DNA of 64,000 bases from Candidatus Fermentibacterota bacterium (GTDB taxonomy: Bacteria; Fermentibacterota; Fermentibacteria; Fermentibacterales; JCC-6). The notes under the pieces are model-generated. The model was not told the origin of the DNA and searched no databases. It saw nothing but the letters and a program-made list of their open reading frames with translations. Both the position numbers and the translations under genes were made by a program. The DNA is taken from the NCBI GenBank assembly GCA_963845085.1, contig CAWJQI010000004.1, forward strand, positions 768,001 through 832,000. Reading direction: 5' to 3'. Shown in pieces: positions 1-7,775 of this stretch (its first letter is position 1; every line of letters starts with the position of its first letter).

Positions 1-1017
1 TTCATCGTGTCATGGGTATGGATAATCGCAAGCATATGGAAAGGAACCAAGACGGTGGGGCGTGTTGTCTACTACACCGTCATCATCCCGTGGGTGCTGC
101 TGCTGGTGTTCATAATAAGGGGCGTTACACTGCCGGGGGCGGGTGTCGGGCTTGCCTATTACCTCACACCCGATTGGGCGCGGCTTCTCAGCGGTGATAT
201 CTGGCTTGCGGCGCTGACCCAGGTTTTCTTCAGCCTGAGCGTCGGGTTCGGTGTGATGATAGCCTACGGCAGCTTCCTTCCGAAGAAGACAGACATAGCG
301 GGGAGCGCGTTCATAATCGGAATTGCCGACTCGCTCACCGCCTTCTGCTGCGGAATAGCGGTGTTCAGCGCTCTCGGATTCCAGGCGGCACGGCTCGGTG
401 TTCCTGTAAGCGAGGTTGTCAAATCCGGTCCGGGGCTTGCTTTCGTGGCCTATCCGCACATCATCACAAGCCTGCCCGCTGCTCCCGTATTCGGGGTGCT
501 GTTTTTCCTCATGCTCCTCACCCTGGCAATTGATTCTGCATTCAGCCTTGTCGAGGGGGTGACATCATCCCTGAAGGACAAGTGGGGGCTGTCGCACAGG
601 AAGGTCAACCTCATGGTGGGAACGGCGGCGTTCATCTTCGGGTTGCCGATGCTCTCAGGTGCGGGGTTGTACATCCTGGACATAGTTGACCACTTCATGA
701 ACAGCGTTGCGCTGGTTCTTGTTGTTCTGGGGCAGCTCATAATCGTCGGCTGGGCCCTGTCCGCCGAGAAGATGCGCACCTACATCAACGCAAACTCGTC
801 GATAAGGACAGGCTGGTGGTGGAACACAAGCATCAGGTGGATCATCCCGATGGGAATGATCTGGATGCTTGCAAGCGAGCTTCAGGCCAGGGGGGCATCC
901 GCATACGGGAATTTCGGCCTTCGTAGCCAGGAATTCATCCTGGGGTGGCTTGTGGTGATGCTGCTTCCCGTGCTGGGCGACGTTTTTGCGTCACGAAAGG
1001 GAACCTGGAAGGACTAG
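1..1017 (+). CDS. Sodium-dependent transporter, NSS/SNF (neurotransmitter:sodium symporter) family; 5'-truncated by the window edge
   Basis: Open from base 1. Multi-TM protein with family motifs RGVTLPGA, W..ALTQVFFSLSVGFG.MIAYGS, GPGLAFVAYP and FFLML.TLAIDS. Confidence 0.92.
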   Translation, partial: FIVSWVWIIASIWKGTKTVGRVVYYTVIIPWVLLLVFIIRGVTLPGAGVGLAYYLTPDWARLLSGDIWLAALTQVFFSLSVGFGVMIAYGSFLPKKTDIAGSAFIIGIADSLTAFCCGIAVFSALGFQAARLGVPVSEVVKSGPGLAFVAYPHIITSLPAAPVFGVLFFLMLLTLAIDSAFSLVEGVTSSLKDKWGLSHRKVNLMVGTAAFIFGLPMLSGAGLYILDIVDHFMNSVALVLVVLGQLIIVGWALSAEKMRTYINANSSIRTGWWWNTSIRWIIPMGMIWMLASELQARGASAYGNFGLRSQEFILGWLVVMLLPVLGDVFASRKGTWKD

Positions 1018-2123
1018 TACCCCCCCAGCGCAGGACAGGTCGAGCAGTCCGACGAGACGCATTCGAGATCGGCCCGGATGAGATAGCTGAAACCGGAATC
1101 GGGTTCGCACCGGTATCCGAAACCGGTCACGTACTGGAAAACGATGCCTGACCTTTCGGTATCGTACGGTTCGTACTCCACCGCGAACAATCGGAATCTG
1201 CGCGCCTCGGCCTCCAGCACCGCCTGCTGCTGCCAGTCTGAAAGAACAGCTTCCGACCTGTGATCGAACCACCAGGGGCCGATGACACCGGACAGCTCCG
1301 GGATCCTGCCGAGCGCTTCCAGCCAATCCGTGGTGTCGGCTGAAACCACGACCATCGGGGGCATTTCAGCTCCGGAAAGGTCTTCCGCGAGTTCGAGCCC
1401 CCTGTCGCCCGCCATGCCGGTGAAGGTCAGAAGGTAAAGGGTATCCTGGTCCGTGGCGCTCCAGACGCCGGACCGGTCGTTCTGCGGTTCGACAAGCAGG
1501 GGGTCGGCAGGCTGCGAATAGTACGCCGCAAGCCCCCTGATGCCGATGACCATGAAGTACACGGCCACGAATACGGCGAGTACCCTGGCGGCCGCCGTGA
1601 ACCATTTTCTGGCCGTGAAAAGACCGGCGATGGAAAGCGGCAGCATGTAGACCGTTGTTCCAAAGAAGAATCCCGCAAACAGAAGCGCGCCGCTCAGCGC
1701 GCCTCCCGCATCGAACGCGCTTGTGAGGGCAATAAGGAATGCCGGGCATAACGAGAAGCCTGTGAGAATGCCAAGAAGGAAGGGGCTGCCCGTAAACTTC
1801 GTCCAGCGGGATACACCGCAGCCCCCGCACTTTTTATTAACCCTCAGGGTGCTGATCAGAAGAAAGATGCTGAACAGGATGTAGCCCGCGAAGGAGAGGG
1901 GTATCCTGATACCGGATGGGATGCTCCCCCCGAGCATGCCGATGACTGCTCCGAAACAGACGTAGGCTGCGAACCTTCCCAGGTTCAGGGTGAGCAGGAC
2001 CAAGAGCGATTGTCTGCCGCTCCTCTTCTCGCTGAAGAGGTAAGCCGCGTAGACCGGACCGCACGAGGCCAGACAGGACACTCCCGTTGCGAGTCCGAGG
2101 CTCAGCCCCTCAGCAAGCGCCAC
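1014..2123 (-). CDS. DsbD_2/CcdA-like (TauE/SafE-type) membrane protein with a Cys-rich C-terminal soluble extension
   Basis: About 6 TM helices in the first ~200 aa. SCLASCGP in TM1, NLGR..Y, LG..TGFSLCP, F..GT; loop KKCGGCG; C-terminus ECVSSDCSTCP. Confidence 0.7.
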   Translation of the reverse strand: MALAEGLSLGLATGVSCLASCGPVYAAYLFSEKRSGRQSLLVLLTLNLGRFAAYVCFGAVIGMLGGSIPSGIRIPLSFAGYILFSIFLLISTLRVNKKCGGCGVSRWTKFTGSPFLLGILTGFSLCPAFLIALTSAFDAGGALSGALLFAGFFFGTTVYMLPLSIAGLFTARKWFTAAARVLAVFVAVYFMVIGIRGLAAYYSQPADPLLVEPQNDRSGVWSATDQDTLYLLTFTGMAGDRGLELAEDLSGAEMPPMVVVSADTTDWLEALGRIPELSGVIGPWWFDHRSEAVLSDWQQQAVLEAEARRFRLFAVEYEPYDTERSGIVFQYVTGFGYRCEPDSGFSYLIRADLECVSSDCSTCPALGGY

Positions 2124-2147
2124 CGACTCCCCTTTCCGGGTTGAGGC

Positions 2148-3353
2148 CTAAATGTGCGCCGCAGGGTAGAAGGCCAACCCGCCCTGAAAGGAGTTCCAGA
2201 CTTCAGTGTACTCCAGTTCGGAGGCCTGGCGGCGAAGAAGGAACCATGCGGACAGACCGTTCTTCATCCTGTATTCCAGCCCCCCGCCGAAGGTTTCACG
2301 CCTGCGGGTGCCGCCTGTGCCGGGAATGCTGCTGGGACCCTCCCAAATTCTTCCGTTCACGAGAACCGAAAGACCCCTGTAGACACCAACCCTGGCTTCC
2401 ATCTCCCCGAAGCGGGTGCGGATGAAGCTGTCGGTGTTCTGGCCGTAAAAACTGATGCTGGAAGGTTGTTCTCCCCATCCGGCGAATGCGTACCTGAGCC
2501 TCGCGCCAACCTGGTAAGCCGCGAGCCTTGTAACATCGTCATCGAAATCGATGGTCTGGCACACCGTGAAGTTGAAGGTGAGGTTCCTGGCAAGCGTTTG
2601 AACCGCCCGCATCCTTGCGGTAGCCCTGTCGGGGAGCGGGGTTCCGTTGTGGTCGTCGCCGCTCTGAACCGACCATGCCAGGTCGGCCATGACCTGGGTC
2701 TGTGTGGGAAGGGTGCGGGGAGCGAGTGATGCGGCGAAGTTCAGCCTGCCGTAGGACTCGTCAAAGGCAGTTTCATCGATTACAGTGCTGTGCGACAAAC
2801 CGCTCACGCCCAGATCGACGCCCAGCGGAGTGAACCAGGTGACCCCGCCACCAGCCCTTGTTTCGGCCCAGGAAAGGTCCTGCCCGTCCTGGTCCAACAC
2901 GCTTCTGTCCCAGTAGCGTCCGAAGGCATTGAGCTTCACAGTTCCAGGAATCTCCCAGCCCAGGTTCAGTCCGGGCCTTACAGAGCTCGAACGCTCCCCG
3001 ATCCCCTCGGAGCGGGGAAGGACGACACCGGAACTGTCGAAATCGGTTGTGAAACGGAAATCCGGCCGAACCGTGAAACCACCTGCACTGTAACGTACCG
3101 AAAGTGTTGTCTCGGAGCGGTTCCGGGAAAAGCGGGGAAGCGCCGCATTGTCTTCGGATGCTTTCCGGTATGTCTGGTCAAGCTGGAAATGCCACGGCCC
3201 CTGGAACACCCGGACACCGGCGGAAGCGTCAAGGTAGGATCCGCCCCCGTAATTCACGCTGTCGCCCGCAACGGCAATGCGGGCGTACTCTTCCACACCG
3301 AGAGCCATGCAGCTCGCGAGGAATCCCGACAGGAGTATGATGAGGGTTTTCAT
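2148..3353 (-). CDS. Putative outer-membrane beta-barrel protein (~400 aa)
   Basis: ATG at 3353 overlaps the upstream TGA (TGATG). Signal peptide MKTLIILLSGFLASCMALG, many amphipathic Gly/aromatic strands (GLNLGWE, GGGVTWF, GARLRYAF, GGGLEYR), last strand FQGGLAFY. Confidence 0.7.
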   Translation of the reverse strand: MKTLIILLSGFLASCMALGVEEYARIAVAGDSVNYGGGSYLDASAGVRVFQGPWHFQLDQTYRKASEDNAALPRFSRNRSETTLSVRYSAGGFTVRPDFRFTTDFDSSGVVLPRSEGIGERSSSVRPGLNLGWEIPGTVKLNAFGRYWDRSVLDQDGQDLSWAETRAGGGVTWFTPLGVDLGVSGLSHSTVIDETAFDESYGRLNFAASLAPRTLPTQTQVMADLAWSVQSGDDHNGTPLPDRATARMRAVQTLARNLTFNFTVCQTIDFDDDVTRLAAYQVGARLRYAFAGWGEQPSSISFYGQNTDSFIRTRFGEMEARVGVYRGLSVLVNGRIWEGPSSIPGTGGTRRRETFGGGLEYRMKNGLSAWFLLRRQASELEYTEVWNSFQGGLAFYPAAHI

Positions 3354-3595
3354 CAGTACACCGCTCCCTTCGGGCATATCTCAACGCAACGGTAGCAGAG
3401 ACGGCAGAGGTTGGGATTGATCACGGCATCGCCATCCACAACCTCGATGGCGTTGTAGGGGCATACCTTTTCGCACTCGCCGCAACCTATGCAGAGATCG
3501 TTGTCCACCACCAGACCGGTGTTTTCCGTTGGAGGTCTGCAGGCGGCCATGACGAGCAGGACACCGATGATGAGCAGCTCAGTGAATCGCATCAT
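3353..3595 (-). CDS. Small 2x[4Fe-4S] ferredoxin-domain lipoprotein
   Basis: Start at ATG 3595 or 3592 (MRFTELLIIGVLLVMAAC, lipobox-like). Motifs CIGCGECEKVCP and CRLCYRCVEICP. Confidence 0.85.
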   Translation of the reverse strand: MMRFTELLIIGVLLVMAACRPPTENTGLVVDNDLCIGCGECEKVCPYNAIEVVDGDAVINPNLCRLCYRCVEICPKGAVY

Positions 3596-3809
3596 ATGTG
3601 CACACCCCCTGACACAGCCCGCAGCCGATGCATGTTTCGGGATCAATGCTGGACTTGCCGCCTTCAACCTCTATGGCGTTCACGGGACAGACCCGCGAGC
3701 AATCCCCACAGCCCGAGCAGTTGTCGGGCTCGACCCAGTACCGAACCGCTCCCACGGCGATTGCAGCCGTGAGGCAGAGAACAAGAAGCATCCCCCCCCG
3801 AAAACGCAT
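3579..3809 (-). CDS. Small 2x[4Fe-4S] ferredoxin with N-terminal signal peptide
   Basis: Leader MRFRGGMLLVLCLTAAIAVG; motifs CSGCGDCSRVCP and CIGCGLCQGVCT; TGATG overlap with the upstream gene. Confidence 0.87.
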   Translation of the reverse strand: MRFRGGMLLVLCLTAAIAVGAVRYWVEPDNCSGCGDCSRVCPVNAIEVEGGKSSIDPETCIGCGLCQGVCTYDAIH

Positions 3810-4225
3810 CAGTTCACCTCGAATTCGACATCTATCGGGGTTTCCTCTTCGTTCACCCCGTAAAGCTCAAGGTTTTCCTCACCAACGGTCACAATGGCGC
3901 CCACCGGGCACGATGCAACACAGGCGCCACAAAGAATGCACTTCTCGGGATCGATCCAGGCCTTGTTGTCTTCGGTTATGCTGATGGCGCCGACGGGGCA
4001 GGTGTTCACGCAGATTCGGCAGCCAATGCAGGTGTCGGGGTTGATTATGTAATCCTCGTTGAGCTCGACCGAGCTAACCCCGGGGGCAACCTCGGCCATG
4101 ACGCGGCCGAATGACTTGACCCGGATTGTATCGAATTCGCCCTCAACCGGTCCCCAGCTCAGGGTGAAAAGCCCGGCAGCCGCCACAGCCGCCACGACAG
4201 GAATGATCATAAGGTGTTTTTTCAT
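3809..4225 (-). CDS. 2x[4Fe-4S] ferredoxin-domain protein with N-terminal signal peptide or anchor
   Basis: Leader MKKHLMIIPVVAAVAAAG; motifs CIGCRICVNTCP and CILCGACVASCP; AAAGGA upstream. Confidence 0.87.
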   Translation of the reverse strand: MKKHLMIIPVVAAVAAAGLFTLSWGPVEGEFDTIRVKSFGRVMAEVAPGVSSVELNEDYIINPDTCIGCRICVNTCPVGAISITEDNKAWIDPEKCILCGACVASCPVGAIVTVGEENLELYGVNEEETPIDVEFEVN

Positions 4226-4249
4226 TGTAAATCCTTTCGCTACGAAGGG

Positions 4250-5221
4250 TTACCTGTCGGGAGGGGGCGGAGGAACATCGGGCAGGGTTCCGGCAGGTAT
4301 CGCAAGCCTTCTCACGGCCTGATTGTGGGGATAACTCTCGTCGGGATTAATGACTTCATTGTAGTTCCAGCACTCAAGGAAGCACTGACCGCAGTTCACG
4401 CAGAGGTCGTAGTTGATATAGACCATGTACTTGTCGCCGTAGACGCCTTCAAGATCCTGCCAGATCGCGTCGTACGGGCAGGAGGGACCGGTGTAGACCC
4501 CGCTCTTGGTGTATTCATTCAGAAGGGAGCAACCGGATACACAGGTGCCGGTCGAGTCCGGGGCTGAAGGCGAACAGTGGAGACAGCCACCGGTGGGAAT
4601 ATGGTCGTAAATGTAGGTTACGATCTGCATGGGGACTGAGGAAACCTGCAGGTCTTCGGAGGCCTCGGCCTCGCCGAAGTAAGCCCTGATGCCCACATAA
4701 TAACCCTCTCCAAGGCGGCCGTCGGTTATGGCATCGACCGGGCAGGCATCGACACACAGCCCGCAGCTTCCGCAGAGCGCTTCGTCGATCACGGCAACAC
4801 CGTTCTGAATGGTGATGGCTCCGACTGGGCAGGCTGCCTCACAAAGCCCGCAGCCTATGCAGGTCTCGGGTATCACCTTGGGTTGCAGAAACACGAGAGC
4901 CGAGTCGGCAGGTGCGGATATCTCTGCGGCGATGATGGCGCTTTCCCAGTTGTCGAGCGTGATGGGTGCGGTGGAAATGCGCGCCTGATACCAGGAGGCT
5001 CCCTCGACAGGGGTGAAGTGGACAGTGAAGGCCCTGTACTCCCCCCCGCTGATCCATGTGTAGAACGAGCCGAGTTCCGGTGACATGGCGGTGAAGCCCG
5101 AATCCACCAGGACCGCTCCAGACTGGAGCACGGTGGGCGCCATGGGCCGGGGCGTCTCGGTGAGACAGGCCACCATCACGGCAAGAACCACGGCAAGGGC
5201 AACGAAAGATCCCTTGAGCAT
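4250..5221 (-). CDS. Poly-ferredoxin lipoprotein (two canonical plus up to two atypical [4Fe-4S] motifs)
   Basis: Leader [19 protein letters not shown] (lipobox-like). [24 protein letters not shown], then CLHC-x10-C-x3-C-x16-CP and [16 protein letters not shown] upstream. Confidence 0.85.
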   Translation of the reverse strand: MLKGSFVALAVVLAVMVACLTETPRPMAPTVLQSGAVLVDSGFTAMSPELGSFYTWISGGEYRAFTVHFTPVEGASWYQARISTAPITLDNWESAIIAAEISAPADSALVFLQPKVIPETCIGCGLCEAACPVGAITIQNGVAVIDEALCGSCGLCVDACPVDAITDGRLGEGYYVGIRAYFGEAEASEDLQVSSVPMQIVTYIYDHIPTGGCLHCSPSAPDSTGTCVSGCSLLNEYTKSGVYTGPSCPYDAIWQDLEGVYGDKYMVYINYDLCVNCGQCFLECWNYNEVINPDESYPHNQAVRRLAIPAGTLPDVPPPPPDR

Positions 5222-5381
5222 TGCAGGCCCTCCATTTCAAAAACATGTTCCATCACATGTCGTAGTGTTCATCTACAGGTTCCGGTTCCCGGAGGGGACC
5301 TCGGAACCGCTATACTATCTTCACTGATTCGAACGGACGCAATGTTTCTGGAAACAATACGGATCAGCGCAAGGGAGCCGC

Positions 5382-5729
5382 ATGATGAGAATTGCTCTGG
5401 AACCGGAGTTGTCCCGCAAGAAGCTTTTCAACGGCGAGGGTGAGGCGCTGATCGAGAGCCTTTTTGCACCGGCCGACTTCAGCACGAAGGTCAGGCTGTG
5501 CGCACGCATAACCCTGCCCGCCGGTGCCTCGATCGGCCATCACGTTCACCAGGGGGAGGATGAGGTTTACTACATCCTTTCCGGAAAAGGTCGCGTGTTC
5601 GACGGGCAGGAAAGTTATGACGTCGAGCCCGGGTCGGCTGTTCTAACCCGCAGCGGCGAGGGACACGGGCTTTCGAACACCGGGCGCGACGACCTGGTGC
5701 TGCTGGCTGTGATCCCCTTGCAGCAGTAG
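5382..5729 (+). CDS. Cupin domain protein
   Basis: HHVH...DEVYYILSGKG and H.LSN.G motifs; 115 aa. Confidence 0.88.
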   Translation: MMRIALEPELSRKKLFNGEGEALIESLFAPADFSTKVRLCARITLPAGASIGHHVHQGEDEVYYILSGKGRVFDGQESYDVEPGSAVLTRSGEGHGLSNTGRDDLVLLAVIPLQQ

Positions 5730-5748
5730 TTATAGTACCCATCCCGGC

Positions 5749-5839
5749 GGAGGGGTGCCAGAGTGGTTGAACGGGACGGTCTCGAAAACCGTTGACTCCC
5801 TTTGGGGGTCCGTGGGTTCGAATCCCACCCCCTCCGCCA
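5749..5839 (+). tRNA. tRNA-Ser(CGA)
   Basis: Acceptor stem GGAGGGG/CCCCTCC, discriminator G plus encoded CCA, anticodon arm ACGGT-CT-CGA-AA-ACCGT, long variable arm, GGTTCGAATCCC T-arm. Confidence 0.97.
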
Positions 5840-5847
5840 GGACACGA

Positions 5848-5873
5848 AAGCGGGGAGCTTCCGCCCCCCGCTT
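5848..5873. terminator. GC-rich hairpin between the tRNA and the convergent propeller gene; first copy of the repeat-junction element
   Basis: AAGCGGGGAGC-TTCC-GCCCCCCGCTT, 11-bp stem with one mismatch; no long U-tract. Confidence 0.55.
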
Positions 5874-5894
5874 CATGCATTCAATCCCCTGAGT

Positions 5895-7647
5895 TTACCT
5901 CAGCAGACACACTGTTTCTGTAACGTCTCCAAGGGGGGACGACAGTACCAGCGTGTAGATGCCGGAAGGCAGCCTGCCGCCGGAATCGTCTGTTCCTCCC
6001 CAACTGAGACTATGGATCCTGCCTGGTACTCGCCGCTGTGGATAGTTCCCACAAGCCTGCCGGAGATGTCGAAGACCCGGAGTGACGACCAGCAGGGCGA
6101 ATCCAGTTCGAAGGAAACCATTGTGTTCGAGGCGAACGGATTGGGACGGACCGACAGCACCGGACGGTAAGAGCTTCCGGGATCGGTGACTATACCTGTC
6201 TGGGTCACCGTGAACTGGATGGTATCGCTCGCGGCAACGACACCTCCGGACCAGGAGTCGATGATCAGCTCGTTGGATCCCACCTGGGCGTAGAGGTCGT
6301 CACGATAGGTCCACTTCAGGCCCGTGCCGAAGGCGTAGAGATTGTAGTCCGTGGAGCGGCGAAGTACATCACACCGTCGGTGATGGCAGGGCTGCCTGCA
6401 AGACCCATCTGACTGGTTCCGTTTCGTAGCTCCAGATCATCCCGCCCGTTCGGCGTCGGCGGCGTTGATCAGGCCGTCGAATCAGCGCAGAAGCCTCCCC
6501 AGAAGACAAGCCCGTCCGCGACACCGGCAGACCGTGGAGCCGCTTCTGCGATGGAGGTTCGGGTTAAGGAACCAGACTCAATGGATCCGTCGGATGAATC
6601 GAGAGCGGCCAAACACCGGATTGGATGGTGGAAGTACTTCTGAGCCGCAAAAACACGGTGCCGTCATGAATACGGCGGGGTCGGCTCGACTGGGTATATC
6701 CCCCACGTTGAGACGGTGTCTCCCAGACCAGCGCATCCGTAAAGGGCGTCGAACCTGTGGATACAGGCGCTTTTCGGAAATGCTGCCGATGTAAATGATA
6801 CCGTCCACGAGGCATGGAGAAGAGTCCCAGAAGCCATCCTCGCACTCGAAGTTCAACCAGAGCATGTCTACCGGTTTCGGCATGAAGGGCGGTGAGACCG
6901 TACTGCCCGCGGTCCGAAAAGAACGGTCGTTCCATGCTGTCAGGGTGCAGACGCTGACCGAGGGGTTCCTGCGTCCTCCAGATCTCCTGGCCGGTAAGAA
7001 TGTCGAGTGCGTATACATAAGCGCATGATGCGAAGACGCGATGTCATCGTAGACAGCATGGAGGCCCGGCAAAGAATATATCAGGCCCGGAACCCCACCC
7101 GAAATCCCAGACTCTTTCGACCCGTCTGATGGCATCGAGACAGTAGAGCTGAATCAGATGCGAGGTAAATGCGTACCCGTTCTGGACATGCAGTCCCGAT
7201 CGTCAGAATCCAGGGTCTGATAGGCCCTCAAAATGCCAGATCTCTTCTCCTGTCGCGGCATCGAGGGCATGTAGATCCTATCCCTATATTCCGACGAATA
7301 GAAGTACCACGCCGTCGACTACGATACGGATGTGGCAAATTCGTGATGCGCTCCGGTGACGGGCGCTGTCCAGAGCATCACCGTTTGTCAGTGCGGCGCG
7401 GAGATTCGGAGAACCCGGTACGAGCATTGTTCTGCCATGTAGGTGTGACCAGTCGGTGACGAGCCGTGGAACCGGCAGCGAACGGTTCTCCGTTCAGGGA
7501 GAAGACCACCGAATCCGGCAGAGCATTCTCGTTCTCGACGATTGCCCTGAGGGTCAGCCAGTCGCCGTCGTAAACGCCTCCGTCGGCCGGCTCGATGATG
7601 GAAACGCTTACCGCCGATAGAATGCCGAGCAGAAGACAAACCGCCAT
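5895..7647 (-). pseudogene. Multiply frameshifted paralog of the secreted PQQ-like beta-propeller / FlgD-Ig protein
   Basis: AAGGAGG plus ATG at 7647 (MAVCLLLGILSAVSVSIIEPADGG) and TAA at 5895-5897 match copy 2. Recognisable pieces (GFWDSSPCLVDGIIYIG; NLYAFGTGLKWTYRDDLYAQVGSNE) lie in different frames. May be consensus error rather than true decay. Confidence 0.75.
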
Positions 7648-7679
7648 GAATGCCTCCTTAGTGCTACAATGTGTCCGTG

Positions 7680-7708
7680 AGAATAAAGTGGAGGCAGCCG
7701 CGAGTCAA
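7680..7708 (-). promoter_or_regulatory. Sigma70-type promoter of repeat unit 1
   Basis: Minus strand TTGACT-17 nt-TATTCT, ending ~33 nt upstream of the ATG; identical in unit 2. Confidence 0.6.
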
Positions 7709-7728
7709 CGCCTCGGAAAACTCAATGA

Positions 7729-7754
7729 AAGCGGGAGGCTTCCGCCCCCCGCTT
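7729..7754. terminator. Hairpin downstream of propeller gene copy 2
   Basis: AAGCGGGAGGC-TTCC-GCCCCCCGCTT, ~20 nt past the TAA at 7776. Confidence 0.55.
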
Positions 7755-7775
7755 CATGCATTCAATCCCCTGCGT

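Noticed and set aside
3596..3667. N-terminal extensions given by the ORF track (also for the barrel, meaB, the B12 subunit, iorB, buk, dnaN, the asparaginase and atpI)
   Set aside because: Downstream starts have better RBS or stop-start coupling and match family N-termini; most extensions overlap the neighbouring gene.
4570..4595. CLHC in the poly-ferredoxin as a heme c site
   Set aside because: It is CxxC followed by S, not CxxCH; there is no heme-binding motif in the operon.
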